A stretch of 64,000 bases of DNA from Agathobacter sp. (GCA_051880175.1 JBJENM010000162.1:17071-81070); one strand, 5' to 3'; positions 9,891 to 22,010 are shown, counted from the stretch's first letter. Numbers and translations: made by a program. The notes: generated by a model not told the origin, from the letters alone.

Positions 9891-11573
9891 TTATGACTGA
9901 GCCGGTAATTTAAATGAGCTCTTTAATGAAACAATTCGATTAAATACAGGATGTCCTTCCGTAGAATCCTTGTAGTCTGCACAGAAGAATCCCTGTCTTA
10001 CAAACTGGAAGCTCTCAAAGGCTTTTGCCTCTGTAAGTGCAGGCTCCACAATACAATTTTCAAGTACGGTAAGAGAATTCGGATTTACATTCACATCGCC
10101 ATTCTCATTGTACACTCCAAGCTCTTCATTCACCAGATTTTCATATAAACGAACCGTAACCTTTTTGCCGTATTCTGCGGATACCCAGTGAATCGTTCCC
10201 TTTACCTTACGTCCATCCGGGCTGTTTCCTCCCTTAGATGCAGGATCATAGGTACAATGAATCTCCGTAATCTTTCCGTTTTCATCCTTCACAAAACTGT
10301 TACAGGTCACGAAATATGCATTCATAAGACGGACCTCATTTCCCGGGAACATACGGAAGTATTTCTTTGGTGGCTCCTCCATAAAATCCTCACGATCAAT
10401 GTACAGCTCGCGGGTAAACGGAACCTTGCGGCTGCCAAGCTCCGGATTCTCCAGGTTATTTTCCACCTCAAGATACTCTACCTGTCCCTCCGGATAGTTA
10501 TCAATTACGACCTTGACCGGATCAAGCACCGCCATCATACGAGGGCGCTTCAGCTTTAAATCCTCTCTGATACAATATTCCAGCATTGCATAATCTACCG
10601 AGCTGTTTGCCTTTGAAACTCCGCAAAGCTCTACGAAATTCTGGATGGATTCCGGTGTGAAGCCTCTTCTGCGAAGAGCCGCGATGGAAACAAGTCTTGG
10701 ATCATCCCAGCCGTCAACAATTCCCTGCTCTACCAGTTTTTTAATATAGCGTTTTCCGGTAACCACGTTGGTCAGATAAAGCTTTGCAAACTCAATCTGC
10801 TTTGGTGATTCTTCCGGTGAATTCTTAAATCCACACTCAATGACCACCCAGTCATAAAGCGGTCTGTGATCTTCAAACTCCAGGGTACAGATGGAATGCG
10901 TAATTCCTTCAATCGCGTCCTCGATGGGATGGGCAAAATCATACATTGGATATACACACCACTTATCTCCTGTATTGTGATGGGTCATATGAGCGACACG
11001 GTAAATAACCGGATCTCTCATGTTGATATTTGAGGATGCCATATCAATACGGGCACGAAGCACCTTGCTTCCATCCTCGAATTTTCCATCCTTCATATCG
11101 GCAAAAAGCTGCAGGTTCTCCTCGATACTTCTGGTAGAATAAGGGTCCTCTTTTCCCGGCTCCGTAAGAGTTCCGCGATACTCACGAATCTGCTCTGCGG
11201 AAAGATCTGATACATATGCCTTTCCCTTTTTGATCAGTCCTACGGCGCATTCATACATCTGGTCAAAATAATTGGAGGCATAGAAAAGTCTGTCCTCCCA
11301 ATCTGCTCCAAGCCATTTTACATCGGCTTTGATAGACTCTACAAACTCTAATTTTTCTTTTGTAGGATTTGTGTCATCAAAACGGAAATTGAATTTTCCG
11401 CCATACTCGGTGGCAAGCCCATAATTCAAAAGAATGGATTTTGCATGTCCGATATGAAGATAACCATTTGGTTCCGGTGGGAAACGTGTTTTTACAGTAG
11501 TACAATGTCCTTCTGCCAAATCCTTCTCAATGATCTGCTCGATAAAATTTTTTGAAATTGTTTCGTTCTCCAT
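9891..11573 (-). CDS. glnS: Glutamine--tRNA ligase
   Basis: [47 protein letters not shown] motifs. Confidence 0.96.
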   Translation of the reverse strand: MENETISKNFIEQIIEKDLAEGHCTTVKTRFPPEPNGYLHIGHAKSILLNYGLATEYGGKFNFRFDDTNPTKEKLEFVESIKADVKWLGADWEDRLFYASNYFDQMYECAVGLIKKGKAYVSDLSAEQIREYRGTLTEPGKEDPYSTRSIEENLQLFADMKDGKFEDGSKVLRARIDMASSNINMRDPVIYRVAHMTHHNTGDKWCVYPMYDFAHPIEDAIEGITHSICTLEFEDHRPLYDWVVIECGFKNSPEESPKQIEFAKLYLTNVVTGKRYIKKLVEQGIVDGWDDPRLVSIAALRRRGFTPESIQNFVELCGVSKANSSVDYAMLEYCIREDLKLKRPRMMAVLDPVKVVIDNYPEGQVEYLEVENNLENPELGSRKVPFTRELYIDREDFMEEPPKKYFRMFPGNEVRLMNAYFVTCNSFVKDENGKITEIHCTYDPASKGGNSPDGRKVKGTIHWVSAEYGKKVTVRLYENLVNEELGVYNENGDVNVNPNSLTVLENCIVEPALTEAKAFESFQFVRQGFFCADYKDSTEGHPVFNRIVSLKSSFKLPAQS

Positions 11574-11647
11574 AACTGCTCCTTCATCTATCTTTAACAA
11601 AAAGAGGCTGCCGCGCATGCAACAACCTCGTTCTTTGCGATATTTCT

Positions 11648-11676
11648 ATTATAAAATCCAAGCGATACCTTGTCAA
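11648..11676 (-). promoter_or_regulatory. Consensus sigma-A promoter of glnS
   Basis: TTGACA-N17-TATAAT on the minus strand. Confidence 0.8.
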
Positions 11677-11692
11677 CCAAAGTCCGCCAAAA

Positions 11693-12592
11693 TTACATAG
11701 TTCCAATATGCGTATGGGTAAATAAATGTTCCTGGCAATATTCATAATTTCCTGCGCACTTTGAACAGTAACGGAAGGTAAGATTCGGATCGTCCTTTTC
11801 CGTTCTTCCGCAGATTGCACATTTATGCTTTGTAATCCCGGAACCCGGTCTTGGCTCAGAAAACTGTGCCTGAAACTGCGCTTTCCGTTTCTTTTGTTTT
11901 CTGCTGACATGGTATCTGATAAAATAGAAGAACAATGCCAGATTGATAAGCGGAAGCACCATCTGTGAGCAATATACGAAGATGGTCACAATTCCAAGTG
12001 CCGTTCCCAGGGTTGCCTTTGTGCTGACAAAAATCTGGATAATCGCATATGCCATATACGCAAGCTCAAAATACAGCATCCATTTCATCTTCATCGGAAG
12101 TATGAACCAAAATCTTACCTGTGCATCCGGCATACAGATTGCCATTGCCATAAGCATGGAAAGCAAAATATAATAGGTGGTCAGGTAAATCGGGATTCCC
12201 ATTCCGAGTACCAGGTATGAAATACCATAAATCAGGAAACCACCAATATCACATATAAGGATTCCACCAACCAGCAGCACATTCATGCGGAAGGTACCAA
12301 GAAGCATCTCCAAAGAATTTCCCCATGTAAGAACACATACCAGAAACAGGATTGCAAAAATATCAAGGCCTGTTGGAGGAATCAGGACCCATGTCACAAT
12401 TCTCCAGATCTGACCATGTAAAATACTATAAACATCAAACTCACAATAACTTAACAGAACTCCAAAAACAGGTACTGCACTTCCTACTACCTGAAGCACA
12501 TATCCCACAATAAGTCCTATGACCAAATACCGATCCAGTCTTGGAATGGCATACCTTCCGATTTTTCGTTCCAATTTATCGATCCAATTCAT
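11693..12592 (-). CDS. Multi-pass membrane protein (rhomboid/derlin-like) with C-terminal Zn finger
   Basis: GQIWRIVTW rhomboid-like WR motif; several TM helices; C-terminal CAIC..CSKC..CQEH. Confidence 0.65.
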   Translation of the reverse strand: MNWIDKLERKIGRYAIPRLDRYLVIGLIVGYVLQVVGSAVPVFGVLLSYCEFDVYSILHGQIWRIVTWVLIPPTGLDIFAILFLVCVLTWGNSLEMLLGTFRMNVLLVGGILICDIGGFLIYGISYLVLGMGIPIYLTTYYILLSMLMAMAICMPDAQVRFWFILPMKMKWMLYFELAYMAYAIIQIFVSTKATLGTALGIVTIFVYCSQMVLPLINLALFFYFIRYHVSRKQKKRKAQFQAQFSEPRPGSGITKHKCAICGRTEKDDPNLTFRYCSKCAGNYEYCQEHLFTHTHIGTM

Positions 12593-12721
12593 AAAACTAC
12601 TCCTATAATCTCAAATCATTTCTCCCATTTTGCATCTTTGCCTTCAAATTATATGTGTTTGGGTTTCCTCTTGTCAATGCAGCCTGCCCCAATTTCACAA
12701 AAATTTAACTTCTTTTTCCTC

Positions 12722-12750
12722 TTTACTTTTCGAACAAATGTTCGTATAAT
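12722..12750 (+). promoter_or_regulatory. Sigma-A promoter with a perfect LexA (SOS) box in the spacer
   Basis: TTTACT-N17-TATAAT with CGAACAAATGTTCG at 12731-12744. Confidence 0.88.
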
Positions 12751-12808
12751 TCATTTACAGCCCTTCCTACCAGGTTCCCGTTCATCAAATTTTTGAAAGG
12801 AGATTCTT

Positions 12809-13081
12809 ATGTCCGCAACAGTTTCATACACCTCCCATGATTATCTGGCAATTACCCACGTTCCGGTCATTGCCTCCTTTGACTCAGAGGGCCATATTGC
12901 GCCGCTTTATGTCCGCATCAACCAGGAATCCTACAAGATTGCTTCCTTCTGGATTCGCAACACTTTTGCCAATACTGTGGAATTCCATTGCAAAATTATA
13001 GATGGGCAGTTCTTAAAACCATTGGTACTCACATATTATAAGGCAGAGGATGTCTGGGCTATTCCTGAAAATTGCACGTAA
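12809..13081 (+). CDS. Small hypothetical protein, predicted SOS-inducible
   Basis: RBS AAGGAG; 90 aa, beta-rich; directly downstream of the LexA-box promoter. Confidence 0.8.
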   Translation: MSATVSYTSHDYLAITHVPVIASFDSEGHIAPLYVRINQESYKIASFWIRNTFANTVEFHCKIIDGQFLKPLVLTYYKAEDVWAIPENCT

Positions 13082-13230
13082 ATTTAGATTTTCCCGCCTT
13101 CTTTTTTAATACTTATGTCCGTTGTTTTTTGTCAATCGGTGTCGTATAATGAAGAGTACGCTTGTGGCGTTGTAACACTATATATAATAGGAAAGTAATT
13201 TTTTTACTGGTTATTTCACGGAGGTTTCAA

Positions 13231-16200
13231 ATGAATAACAAAGCTTTATGCAAGCTAGGAATTGATATTGGATCAACAACTGTTAAGGTTGCTGTTCTTG
13301 ATGAACAGGACATCCTTCTTTTCTCTGACTATGAGCGTCACTTCGCCAATATTCAGGAGACCTTATCCGATTTACTGAAAAAAGCATTCGACAAACTCGG
13401 TGATTTAAATGTATCGCCAATGATTACCGGTTCCGGCGGACTTACCCTTGCAAAGCATTTGGAGGTTCCGTTTGTGCAGGAGGTTATTTCCGTATCCACT
13501 GCCCTGCAGCACTATGCACCACAGACCGATGTTGCTATTGAGCTGGGTGGCGAGGATGCCAAAATTATCTACTTTGAAGGCGGAAATGTGGAGCAGCGTA
13601 TGAACGGTATCTGTGCAGGTGGCACAGGTTCCTTTATTGACCAGATGGCATCCCTGATCCAGACCGATGCTTCCGGTCTTAATGAATACGCTAAGAACTA
13701 TAAAGCAATCTATCCGATTGCTGCCCGTTGTGGTGTATTTGCCAAGACGGATATCCAGCCCTTGATTAACGAGGGCGCTACCCGGGAAGACTTATCTGCT
13801 TCTATTTTTCAGGCAGTAGTAAATCAGACCATTAGTGGACTTGCCTGCGGTAAGCCAATTCGTGGTCATGTGGCATTTTTAGGTGGTCCTCTTCATTTCT
13901 TATCCGAGCTGAAGGCTGCCTTTATCCGCACCTTAAACTTAGATGATGAGCATGCAATTACTCCGGATAATTCACATCTTTTTGCCGCAATCGGATCTGC
14001 TCTGAATTATAAAGAGGAAACTGTCACTACGCTTTCCTCTATGATCGAACGTCTTTCCGGCGGCATCAAAATGGAATTCGAGGTTGCCCGTATGGAGCCA
14101 CTTTTTGCCGATCAGGCTGCTTATGATGCCTTTACCAAACGACATGGTAACAGCCATATAAAGACCGCAGAGCTTTCGTCCTACAAAGGAAACTGCTATC
14201 TGGGAATCGATGCCGGCTCCACAACCACGAAAATTGCTCTGGTATCCGAGTCCGGAGACCTTCTCTATTCCTTCTATAACAATAACAACGGAAGCCCGCT
14301 TGCTACTGCAATCGGTGCTATACAGGAAATCTATTCTCTGCTTCCGGCAGATGCACATATTGTACACTCCTGCTCCACCGGATACGGTGAAGCGCTCCTT
14401 AAAGCAGCATTGATGCTTGACGAGGGAGAGGTAGAGACCGTTGCCCACTATTATGCTGCAGCTTTCTTCGACCCAAAGGTAGACTGTATCCTGGATATCG
14501 GTGGACAGGATATGAAGTGTATTAAAATCAAGAATCAGACCGTCGATTCCGTTCTGCTCAACGAGGCTTGTTCCTCCGGATGCGGTTCTTTCATTGAAAC
14601 CTTTGCAAAATCCTTAAACTACTCCGTTCAGGATTTCGCGAAAGAGGCGCTTTTTGCCAAAAATCCCATTGATCTTGGAACCAGATGTACGGTATTTATG
14701 AATTCAAAAGTAAAGCAGGCCCAGAAGGAAGGCGCGTCTGTCGCCGACATTTCTGCCGGACTTGCTTACTCTGTAATCAAAAACGCACTTTTTAAGGTTA
14801 TCAAGCTTTCCGACGCCAAAGATCTCGGGGAAAATATCGTAGTCCAGGGTGGAACCTTCTACAATGACGCCGTTCTTCGAAGCTTTGAAAAAATTGCCGG
14901 TGTGGAAGCGACCCGCCCGGATATTGCCGGGATCATGGGAGCTTTCGGTGCCGCCCTTATCGCCCGTGAGCGACACGAGGAAGGCTATCAGACCACAATG
15001 CTTACGATTGAACAAATCAACGAGCTTTCTTATACAACGAAGCTTGCAAGATGTCAGGGATGTACCAACCATTGTCTTTTGACCATCAACAAGTTCTCAG
15101 ACAACAGACAGTATATTACCGGTAATCGTTGTGAGCGCGGTCTTGGAAAAGAAAAGAATAAAGAGAATATACCAAATCTTTTCGAATATAAAAACAAACG
15201 AATCTTTGATTATGAGCCGCTTTCCGAGGAAGAGGCAACAAGAGGAACGGTTGGTATTCCGCGAGTACTTAATATGTACGAGAATTACCCATTCTGGGCA
15301 ACCTTCTTTACCAAGCTGGGATTTCGGGTTGTGCTCTCACCGCAGTCTACCCGTAAGATTTACGAGCTTGGAATCGACTCTATTCCCAGTGAGTCTGAAT
15401 GCTACCCTGCAAAGCTTGCCCACGGACATATTGCCTGGCTCATACATCAGAATGTAGATTTTATCTTCTACCCTGCAATTCCTTATGAGCGAAAAGAGTT
15501 TCCGGATGCAAATAACCATTACAACTGTCCGATCGTTACTTCTTATTCGGAAAATATCAAGAATAACGTGGATGAAATTACAAGTGGCGAGGTTCGCTTC
15601 TTAAATCCGTTTATGGCATTTACAAACGAAGAGACCTTATCCAAGCAGTTAGTTTCCACCTTTACCGCACCGGAGTTTGGTATTTCAGAAGCCGAGATTC
15701 GCGATGCGGTATCCGAAGGCTGGAAGGAGCTTGCCGTAGCCCGCATGGATATGCAAAAGAAGGGTGAAGAGGTCTTAAAATACATGGAAGAAAACGGCCG
15801 CCGCGGTATTGTTCTTGCTGGACGTCCTTACCATGTGGACCCTGAGATCAACCATGGTATTCCGGAGCTTATTAACTCCTATGGCATCTGCGTTCTTACC
15901 GAAGATTCCGTATCACACCTTGGCAACCTAGAGCGCCCGCTTATCGTTATGGACCAGTGGATGTATCATACCAGACTTTATTCCGCTGCAAACTTTGTAA
16001 AGACCAGAGAGGATCTGGATATGATCCAGCTCAACTCCTTCGGTTGTGGTCTTGATGCGGTAACTACGGACTGTGTCAATGATATCCTGACCGGATCCGG
16101 CAAGATTTACACCTGCTTAAAGATTGATGAGGTAAACAACCTAGGTGCTGCCCGTATCCGTATCCGCTCTCTGCTTTCTGCTCTTCGTGCCAAAGAAAAG

Positions 16201-17502
16201 AAGCAGGAAAAGCGTACCATCCAGCCTGCAAATTATGAGCGTGTGATTTTTACTGAGGAAATGTATAAGGATCATTACACAATTATCTGTCCTCAGATGT
16301 CACCAATTCATTTTGATCTTTTACTACCGGCTTTCCGGGCTGCCGGATATAACATGGTCATCCCTGATGTTCCTGCGAGAGAGTGTGTGGATGTTGGACT
16401 GAAATATGTAAATAACGATGCCTGCTATCCATCCCTTATCGTTATCGGTCAGATTATGTCTGCAGTCATGAGCGGCAAATATGATATGACCCATACCGCA
16501 ATCCTGATTTCCCAGACCGGTGGCGGATGTCGTGCAACCAACTATATCGGTTTTATCCGCCGCGCACTCATAAAAGCCGGATATCCGGATGTTCCTGTTA
16601 TTTCAATCAACATGGTAGGTCTTGAAAAAAATCCGGGATTTAAGTTTTCTCCAAAGCTGATTCAGCATGGTCTGTATGCCCTTGAGTTCGGTGATATCTT
16701 TATGCGCTGCTTATATCGCATGCGTCCATATGAAGCAGTTCCCGGAAGTGCCAACGCACTTCATGAGAAGTGGAAAAAAGAAGTAATTGACTTCCTTGGA
16801 AATACAAAGATACTCTCTCATCGCAAATACCAAAAGATGTGTCGTGCAATCATTCGCGATTTTGACAATCTTCCGATTACCGACGAAAAGAAACCACGTG
16901 TCGGAGTTGTGGGAGAAATCCTTGTAAAATTCCTTCCGGCAGCCAATAACTATATTGTAGATCTTCTTGAGTCTGAGGGTGCCGAGGCTGTTGTTCCGGA
17001 CTTAACGGATTTCTTACTGTACTGCTGCTACAACCAGAACTTTAAAGCAGATTACCTTGGGGAATCCCAAAAATCCAAGAAGCTTAACAATTACTTGATT
17101 AAATTCTTCGAGTGGTTACGAAAAGATGCCAGAGATGAGCTTGCAAAGAGTAAGCACTTTGAGCCAACCGCATATATTGAAGATCTCGCAAAGCTTGCAG
17201 AGCCAATCGTGTCCTGCGGTAACCAGACCGGAGAAGGCTGGTTCCTTACCGGTGAAATGTTGGAGCTTATCCATCAGGGTGCTTCCAATATCGTCTGTGC
17301 CCAGCCATTCGCCTGCCTGCCAAACCATATCGTTGGCAAGGGCGTAATTAAGGAAATCCGCCACGAGTTTCCATCTGCAAACATCGTAGCCATTGATTAC
17401 GATCCGGGAGCTTCTGAGGTCAACCAGTTGAATCGTATCAAGCTTATGCTGTCTACTGCTCAAAAGAACTTAAAGAAGGAGCAGGAAGCAGGAAATAAAT
17501 AA
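13231..17502 (+). CDS. CoA-substrate enzyme activase-like protein (two BadF/BcrA-type ATPase domains + DUF2229-like)
   Basis: Two GIDxGSTTxK motifs, [40 protein letters not shown]; RBS GGAGG. Confidence 0.88.
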   Translation: MNNKALCKLGIDIGSTTVKVAVLDEQDILLFSDYERHFANIQETLSDLLKKAFDKLGDLNVSPMITGSGGLTLAKHLEVPFVQEVISVSTALQHYAPQTDVAIELGGEDAKIIYFEGGNVEQRMNGICAGGTGSFIDQMASLIQTDASGLNEYAKNYKAIYPIAARCGVFAKTDIQPLINEGATREDLSASIFQAVVNQTISGLACGKPIRGHVAFLGGPLHFLSELKAAFIRTLNLDDEHAITPDNSHLFAAIGSALNYKEETVTTLSSMIERLSGGIKMEFEVARMEPLFADQAAYDAFTKRHGNSHIKTAELSSYKGNCYLGIDAGSTTTKIALVSESGDLLYSFYNNNNGSPLATAIGAIQEIYSLLPADAHIVHSCSTGYGEALLKAALMLDEGEVETVAHYYAAAFFDPKVDCILDIGGQDMKCIKIKNQTVDSVLLNEACSSGCGSFIETFAKSLNYSVQDFAKEALFAKNPIDLGTRCTVFMNSKVKQAQKEGASVADISAGLAYSVIKNALFKVIKLSDAKDLGENIVVQGGTFYNDAVLRSFEKIAGVEATRPDIAGIMGAFGAALIARERHEEGYQTTMLTIEQINELSYTTKLARCQGCTNHCLLTINKFSDNRQYITGNRCERGLGKEKNKENIPNLFEYKNKRIFDYEPLSEEEATRGTVGIPRVLNMYENYPFWATFFTKLGFRVVLSPQSTRKIYELGIDSIPSESECYPAKLAHGHIAWLIHQNVDFIFYPAIPYERKEFPDANNHYNCPIVTSYSENIKNNVDEITSGEVRFLNPFMAFTNEETLSKQLVSTFTAPEFGISEAEIRDAVSEGWKELAVARMDMQKKGEEVLKYMEENGRRGIVLAGRPYHVDPEINHGIPELINSYGICVLTEDSVSHLGNLERPLIVMDQWMYHTRLYSAANFVKTREDLDMIQLNSFGCGLDAVTTDCVNDILTGSGKIYTCLKIDEVNNLGAARIRIRSLLSALRAKEKKQEKRTIQPANYERVIFTEEMYKDHYTIICPQMSPIHFDLLLPAFRAAGYNMVIPDVPARECVDVGLKYVNNDACYPSLIVIGQIMSAVMSGKYDMTHTAILISQTGGGCRATNYIGFIRRALIKAGYPDVPVISINMVGLEKNPGFKFSPKLIQHGLYALEFGDIFMRCLYRMRPYEAVPGSANALHEKWKKEVIDFLGNTKILSHRKYQKMCRAIIRDFDNLPITDEKKPRVGVVGEILVKFLPAANNYIVDLLESEGAEAVVPDLTDFLLYCCYNQNFKADYLGESQKSKKLNNYLIKFFEWLRKDARDELAKSKHFEPTAYIEDLAKLAEPIVSCGNQTGEGWFLTGEMLELIHQGASNIVCAQPFACLPNHIVGKGVIKEIRHEFPSANIVAIDYDPGASEVNQLNRIKLMLSTAQKNLKKEQEAGNK

Positions 17503-17533
17503 TATCCCTATACGGAAATGATTCTATAAAGGG

Positions 17534-17567
17534 AAAAAAGAAGAGGCGCACATGTGCCTCTTCTTTT
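17534..17567. terminator. Bidirectional terminator
   Basis: AAAAGAAGAGGCGC/GTGCCTCTTCTTTT stem between convergent genes. Confidence 0.85.
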
Positions 17568-17588
17568 ATGTTTACACTTATTTGATAT

Positions 17589-19526
17589 TTACTCTGATTT
17601 CAGATTATTTAAAAGCTCCCTAACCTGATCTGCTACGGAGACAATCATAGTGCTGGATGCAGAAATCTCTTCCGTTGCAGAAGCCAGATTCTGGATTCGT
17701 CCGTTTACGCCTGCAATAATCTTCATCAAATCACTCGTTTCTTTCAGAATTACCTGGATGGACTCCAGAACCTTCTGCTGGCTGACGCTGCTCTTAGTTG
17801 CCGTGTTCTTGGAATCTGCAGCCAACTGGTTGATTTCATCCGCAACAACCGCAAAGCCTCTTCCCGCTTCGCCTGCTCTTGCAGCCTCAATGCTAGCATT
17901 TAATGCAAGCAGATTGGTCTGTGATGCAATGGATACAACCTCCTCATTATTCTTCCCCAGCTCGCTGATCAAATCCCAAATCTCATTCATAGACTCGTTC
18001 AGGCGCTCGCAGAAGTTAGATACGTTAAGCACATCCATTGAAATTCCGGTACTCTCCTCTGCATTGTTCTCATTGCCCTTCGACATATCATCCAGCGATT
18101 GATACAGCCTGATAAAGTGCTGATTAATCTGCTCCACGGTTTCCTCAATTACCTGATTCTGCTCCGCCAGCCTCTGCTTATCATTCTCTACCTCCCGTGC
18201 AAGCTCCAATGCACGCTCCTTCTCTTCTTCCACCTCATCCTTCACGTAATGGATGCAGTTTTCTTTGTAATTAAATCCATTGTAAATCGCGGTAGCCATC
18301 TTCTGGCAGGTTTCATAACCACAACACTCGCAGTTGATTTTTCTGGACTCTGCCGTATGCTTATTCATATCATTAAATATTGCATCCAGCTCATTTTGAT
18401 CCGGAATCCGATAGCTGCATTCCGTAGACCGATCCGTATAGGTGCGCAGAAAATCATTCAGATTCAGCTTCTCAAACTGCTTGTTGAGGGCCGTCAGCCT
18501 TTGCTTTGGCGTTCTCTGTCTCGCCCAGGCACTATGCTTGGAGTTCTTCTTGCTTTCCTCCTTAATCTTCTGGATATAAAACAGCGCGTCATCCGTCCCC
18601 GCTTTGTCTTTCTCAACTGCCGTACCGTACAAGCAGCCCGCGCTGCAATTTAATGCATCCACAAACAGTTCCCGGTTACGTCCTTCCGCAATCTCTTTGG
18701 CATGTTTTTCAAAGTAGCTGTAAACATGCTTCTCTCCTTCCACCTGGCGGATGTAGACATCCTCCCCCAGGAACCAGTACACATTTTCTTTTAGACCACC
18801 CGGCATCGGATAAATAGAGCCAAGACCATATTCAATCTCGTCGGTACGAAGCGGTCCTCCGATTTTATGTTCTCTAACATATTTCATCAGATGCTCAAAG
18901 GTAACATTATAGGAAACATATCCATTGGTATTGGGATCATCAATCTCATTTTTCTTGGCAATACACGGACTGATAAAGGCAAGCTTATCGGTAATTCCCA
19001 TATATTTCTTTGCGTAAATCGCACCACACATCATGGGACTGTGCACCGGAAACAGCCGCGGAATCAGCTCCGGTATATAGCGTTCAATATATCCCACAAT
19101 TGCCGGGCAAGGCTGGGAAATTCCACCCTTGAAATTGTACTTCTGCACATAGTTCAGATATCCCCATGTCGTAATGTCCGCACCAAAAGAGATACTAACA
19201 ATGTGATTCACGCCAAGCTGCTTCAAACCACCCAGCACACTCTCGTATTCGCTTGGATAGTTGGCTTTAAAGGCCGGTGCCAGAAGCAGGGATATCTTTT
19301 CCCCCTTCGCAAGATCTGCAAAAAATCTCTCCGTATCATCATTGAATTCACGGGCATTGTGTTCACAGGCATCAATGCAGGCTCCACAGGCAACACATTT
19401 TGCAGGATCGACACTGATTCTTGTCTTCCCTTTTGTCTCCTCTGCAACACAGGCTCCAATACAGCTGCAGGCACGAATACACTTATTGCAGCCTATGCAG
19501 AAATCATTTGTAAAAACCAGTTGCAT
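17589..19526 (-). CDS. Sensory [FeFe]-hydrogenase-like domain fused to an MCP signalling domain
   Basis: Two 4Fe-4S motifs (CIGCNKC, CVACGAC); H-cluster-like [22 protein letters not shown]; C-terminal [27 protein letters not shown]. Confidence 0.88.
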   Translation of the reverse strand: MQLVFTNDFCIGCNKCIRACSCIGACVAEETKGKTRISVDPAKCVACGACIDACEHNAREFNDDTERFFADLAKGEKISLLLAPAFKANYPSEYESVLGGLKQLGVNHIVSISFGADITTWGYLNYVQKYNFKGGISQPCPAIVGYIERYIPELIPRLFPVHSPMMCGAIYAKKYMGITDKLAFISPCIAKKNEIDDPNTNGYVSYNVTFEHLMKYVREHKIGGPLRTDEIEYGLGSIYPMPGGLKENVYWFLGEDVYIRQVEGEKHVYSYFEKHAKEIAEGRNRELFVDALNCSAGCLYGTAVEKDKAGTDDALFYIQKIKEESKKNSKHSAWARQRTPKQRLTALNKQFEKLNLNDFLRTYTDRSTECSYRIPDQNELDAIFNDMNKHTAESRKINCECCGYETCQKMATAIYNGFNYKENCIHYVKDEVEEEKERALELAREVENDKQRLAEQNQVIEETVEQINQHFIRLYQSLDDMSKGNENNAEESTGISMDVLNVSNFCERLNESMNEIWDLISELGKNNEEVVSIASQTNLLALNASIEAARAGEAGRGFAVVADEINQLAADSKNTATKSSVSQQKVLESIQVILKETSDLMKIIAGVNGRIQNLASATEEISASSTMIVSVADQVRELLNNLKSE

Positions 19527-19691
19527 TCGCAAACTCCCTCCGTATAGCATTCTTTTGATATAGTATATCATACTTTTTTCCTAGAATCTACCTTTTTGTC
19601 TATTATTAGTCTTCTTTTTTATTAACTTTAAGTTTTTTGTGATTAATTTTAATCATTTCTAAAGTTTACATTTTTCTTACCCACATAACAG

Positions 19692-19720
19692 AAAAATCCA
19701 CGGCAAACGCCGTGGATTTT
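19692..19720. terminator. Intrinsic terminator
   Basis: AAAATCCACGGC/GCCGTGGATTTT stem. Confidence 0.8.
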
Positions 19721-19739
19721 GAAATGTAATGCAGCAATT

Positions 19740-21002
19740 CTAGTTTATATACTCGCCAATCGTATCCTTTGCTTTATAGACAGCAGTTGTAAAGCTTCCA
19801 TCTTCGTTTCGGAAAATAACGCTTATCCGTAAGTCTGAAATATCATCGGACATTCCATATCCACTAATCCTCATATTCTCATCTTCCTCTATCATATAGT
19901 CAAGAAATCCGGTTGCTCCATATACCGTACACTCCAGATAGCTGTCATAATATGAGCCAAAATCAATCCATCCGTTTTGATCGGGATATGCAGTTAATAT
20001 CGATTCCTTATTGATTACAAAATAATCATCCAGGTTTTCTTTCGTGAGTGTATGCAGCCATTCCCTGATTGCTGCATGCTCTGCTTCCTTTGAATCCTCA
20101 TATTCTACCGGGTTCTCATTTTCCTTTAAAGTCTCAGCCTCCGCACTCTCATTTTCTTCTGAAATCACAGTTTCTTCCGAGCTCTCACTTTCTTTTGAAT
20201 TCTCAGCCTCTTCCTTCTTCAGTTCCTCCAGATACTGTTGTACGGCAGTTTCATCGGCTAATGTCTTATCAAGCGGCAGTTGAAACAACGCAGCCGTTCC
20301 TTCATAATCTTCCACCTTACGATAAGCTCCACTTTCTTCGTCCATGTGAAACGCGGCATTCTCCCTTCCGAACATATCTACAACGCCCAGATATACTCCT
20401 CTGTCCGCAAATATTTCCAGATTATCGCAGGTATACAGTTCATACAATACCCCATCCTGTACAAACCAGGTAAGCGAGCCTCCCATATTTGCATTATTCA
20501 TATCTGAAAACGGAATGCCACTGACCAATGCGGAAATGCACAGATTGTCAACCTTTATATCCGTTTCGTCCACCCTCTCAATCGCAAAGGCCGCATAGGT
20601 CTTTTTCCTGTCAATCTCAGACTTCTTCCCCTCCGGAACATAAGCATCCAGATTTTCGCCGCTTACCAATCCTAATAATGTGATACGATATCCATTGCTG
20701 ATCTGTGTTTCATTTATTTCGATTGCGCAATCGCTTTCGAAGACATTGCTCAACCTTATATTATGCGCTTCTTCCGCTATCTGGGCCGGATTCAAAAAAT
20801 GATATGCAGCATAGGCAGTAATACTTCCGGTAGCTAATACACATACGCATGCCGCCACCGCAGCTTTGGGGTAAAAGTGCTTTCTTTTCATGGTTCGATC
20901 CTCCTTAGACCATCTTTCCAGAATCTGACGATTCAATGCCGGAGCAGGTTCATCCCTTGCCATTAGAGAATCAAATAACAGGTCTTCTATTTGTTTACTC
21001 AT
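19740..21002 (-). CDS. Probable single-TM anti-sigma factor
   Basis: Overlaps the ECF sigma stop; short cytoplasmic N-terminus, TM AAVAACVCVLATGSITAYAA, acidic extracellular part. Confidence 0.6.
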   Translation of the reverse strand: MSKQIEDLLFDSLMARDEPAPALNRQILERWSKEDRTMKRKHFYPKAAVAACVCVLATGSITAYAAYHFLNPAQIAEEAHNIRLSNVFESDCAIEINETQISNGYRITLLGLVSGENLDAYVPEGKKSEIDRKKTYAAFAIERVDETDIKVDNLCISALVSGIPFSDMNNANMGGSLTWFVQDGVLYELYTCDNLEIFADRGVYLGVVDMFGRENAAFHMDEESGAYRKVEDYEGTAALFQLPLDKTLADETAVQQYLEELKKEEAENSKESESSEETVISEENESAEAETLKENENPVEYEDSKEAEHAAIREWLHTLTKENLDDYFVINKESILTAYPDQNGWIDFGSYYDSYLECTVYGATGFLDYMIEEDENMRISGYGMSDDISDLRISVIFRNEDGSFTTAVYKAKDTIGEYIN

Positions 21003-21518
21003 CCATGTACTCCTCCAAGTCTTTTTCCAGAGATTTTCTGGCACAATTTAGTCTGCTTTTTACCGTTCCTACGGGAATGCCTAAAGCTGCCGCAATTTCT
21101 TTTAGAGACAGTTCTTCCATATAGAACAGTAAAATTGGAATTCTGTATTTTTCATCCAATCTGTCAACCGCCTCCTGTACTGCCTGATTTCTTTCTCTAT
21201 CCAAATAGCTCAAAAGAGCATCTCCACCCATATCCGGCTGCGTGCCTGCAGTATTTTCAGATAGTTCCTCCTGTGGTGCAATTCTGTTTCGCCATGCATA
21301 TTTTCTTTTTTGGTTCTTCCATATTCCTATGCAACAGAGAGTAAATAGCTTTTCACATTTTTTGAGTATGTAATCTTTTTTATATTGCGGCATGCAATCA
21401 GCCAGGTCTCCTGATAAAGATCGTCAGCAGTAACACTGTTTCGCGTCAGTTGCAGACAAAATGAGTATATACTTTTTCCATAGAGTTCAATGATCTGCTC
21501 AAGTTCCTGAATCGTCAT
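20995..21518 (-). pseudogene. ECF sigma factor split by a 1-nt frameshift near 21330
   Basis: Region 2 (ADDLYQETWL..KSYLLSVA) ends at TAG; region 4 (LSLKEIAAALGIPVGTVKSRL) is in another frame; one extra base restores GCA-ATA-GGA. Confidence 0.85.
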
Positions 21519-21615
21519 GTTTCGTTCCTATCACACGTGTCATTTTAAAGGATAAACCGACTGTCGTTTGTGTCCTTCACCTTTATATGGTAATAACCTT
21601 CCCATTGGTTCAAAT

Positions 21616-21954
21616 TCATGTATTCCGAATGCACTTCATCATTTTATTCTTATTTCCGTCGAACCATAGCTCGCAGAAATCATTCATGCACTCTGCTATA
21701 TAAGCTTCAAAGGGCATAGTTGCACTTTGAAAGGAATCTCTGCCATCCCTGTAGGAGATCACATACCCTTTTTTTACCATTCTCTGCAAAAAAGTCACAA
21801 TTGTTGTTCTCGCATAGTCGCATCCGAAATGTTTCTCCAGATAGGGACCGATGCTCTTTGTCGGGATATTTTTCCCTCCCATATCATAAATTGCTTTTAA
21901 AATAAGCTTCTCATGCAGACTTAGCGCCACACCGTATTTATCTTGAATTGCCAA
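21616..21954 (-). CDS. BlaI/MecI/CopY-family repressor
   Basis: LS..E..IL, YARTTIVTFLQRMVKKGYV wHTH, FCELWFDG; TTG start with RBS AGGAGG. Confidence 0.8.
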   Translation of the reverse strand: MAIQDKYGVALSLHEKLILKAIYDMGGKNIPTKSIGPYLEKHFGCDYARTTIVTFLQRMVKKGYVISYRDGRDSFQSATMPFEAYIAECMNDFCELWFDGNKNKMMKCIRNT

Positions 21955-21968
21955 TCTTCTTCCCTCCT

Positions 21969-22010
21969 ATTCTTAGAATCTAAGAATATTATATACGAAT
22001 ATTATTCGTA
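21969..22010. promoter_or_regulatory. Two palindromes upstream of the blaI-like gene (probable autoregulatory operators)
   Basis: ATTCTTAGA-A-TCTAAGAAT (21969-21987) and TACGAAT-ATT-ATTCGTA (21994-22010). Confidence 0.5.

Noticed and set aside
11574-11692. T-box riboswitch before glnS
   Set aside because: The leader is only ~70 nt and no T-box consensus is visible.
18099-19547. Long antisense ORFs (184 and 226 aa) and similar shadow ORFs elsewhere
   Set aside because: They lie opposite well-supported genes and show no recognisable motifs.
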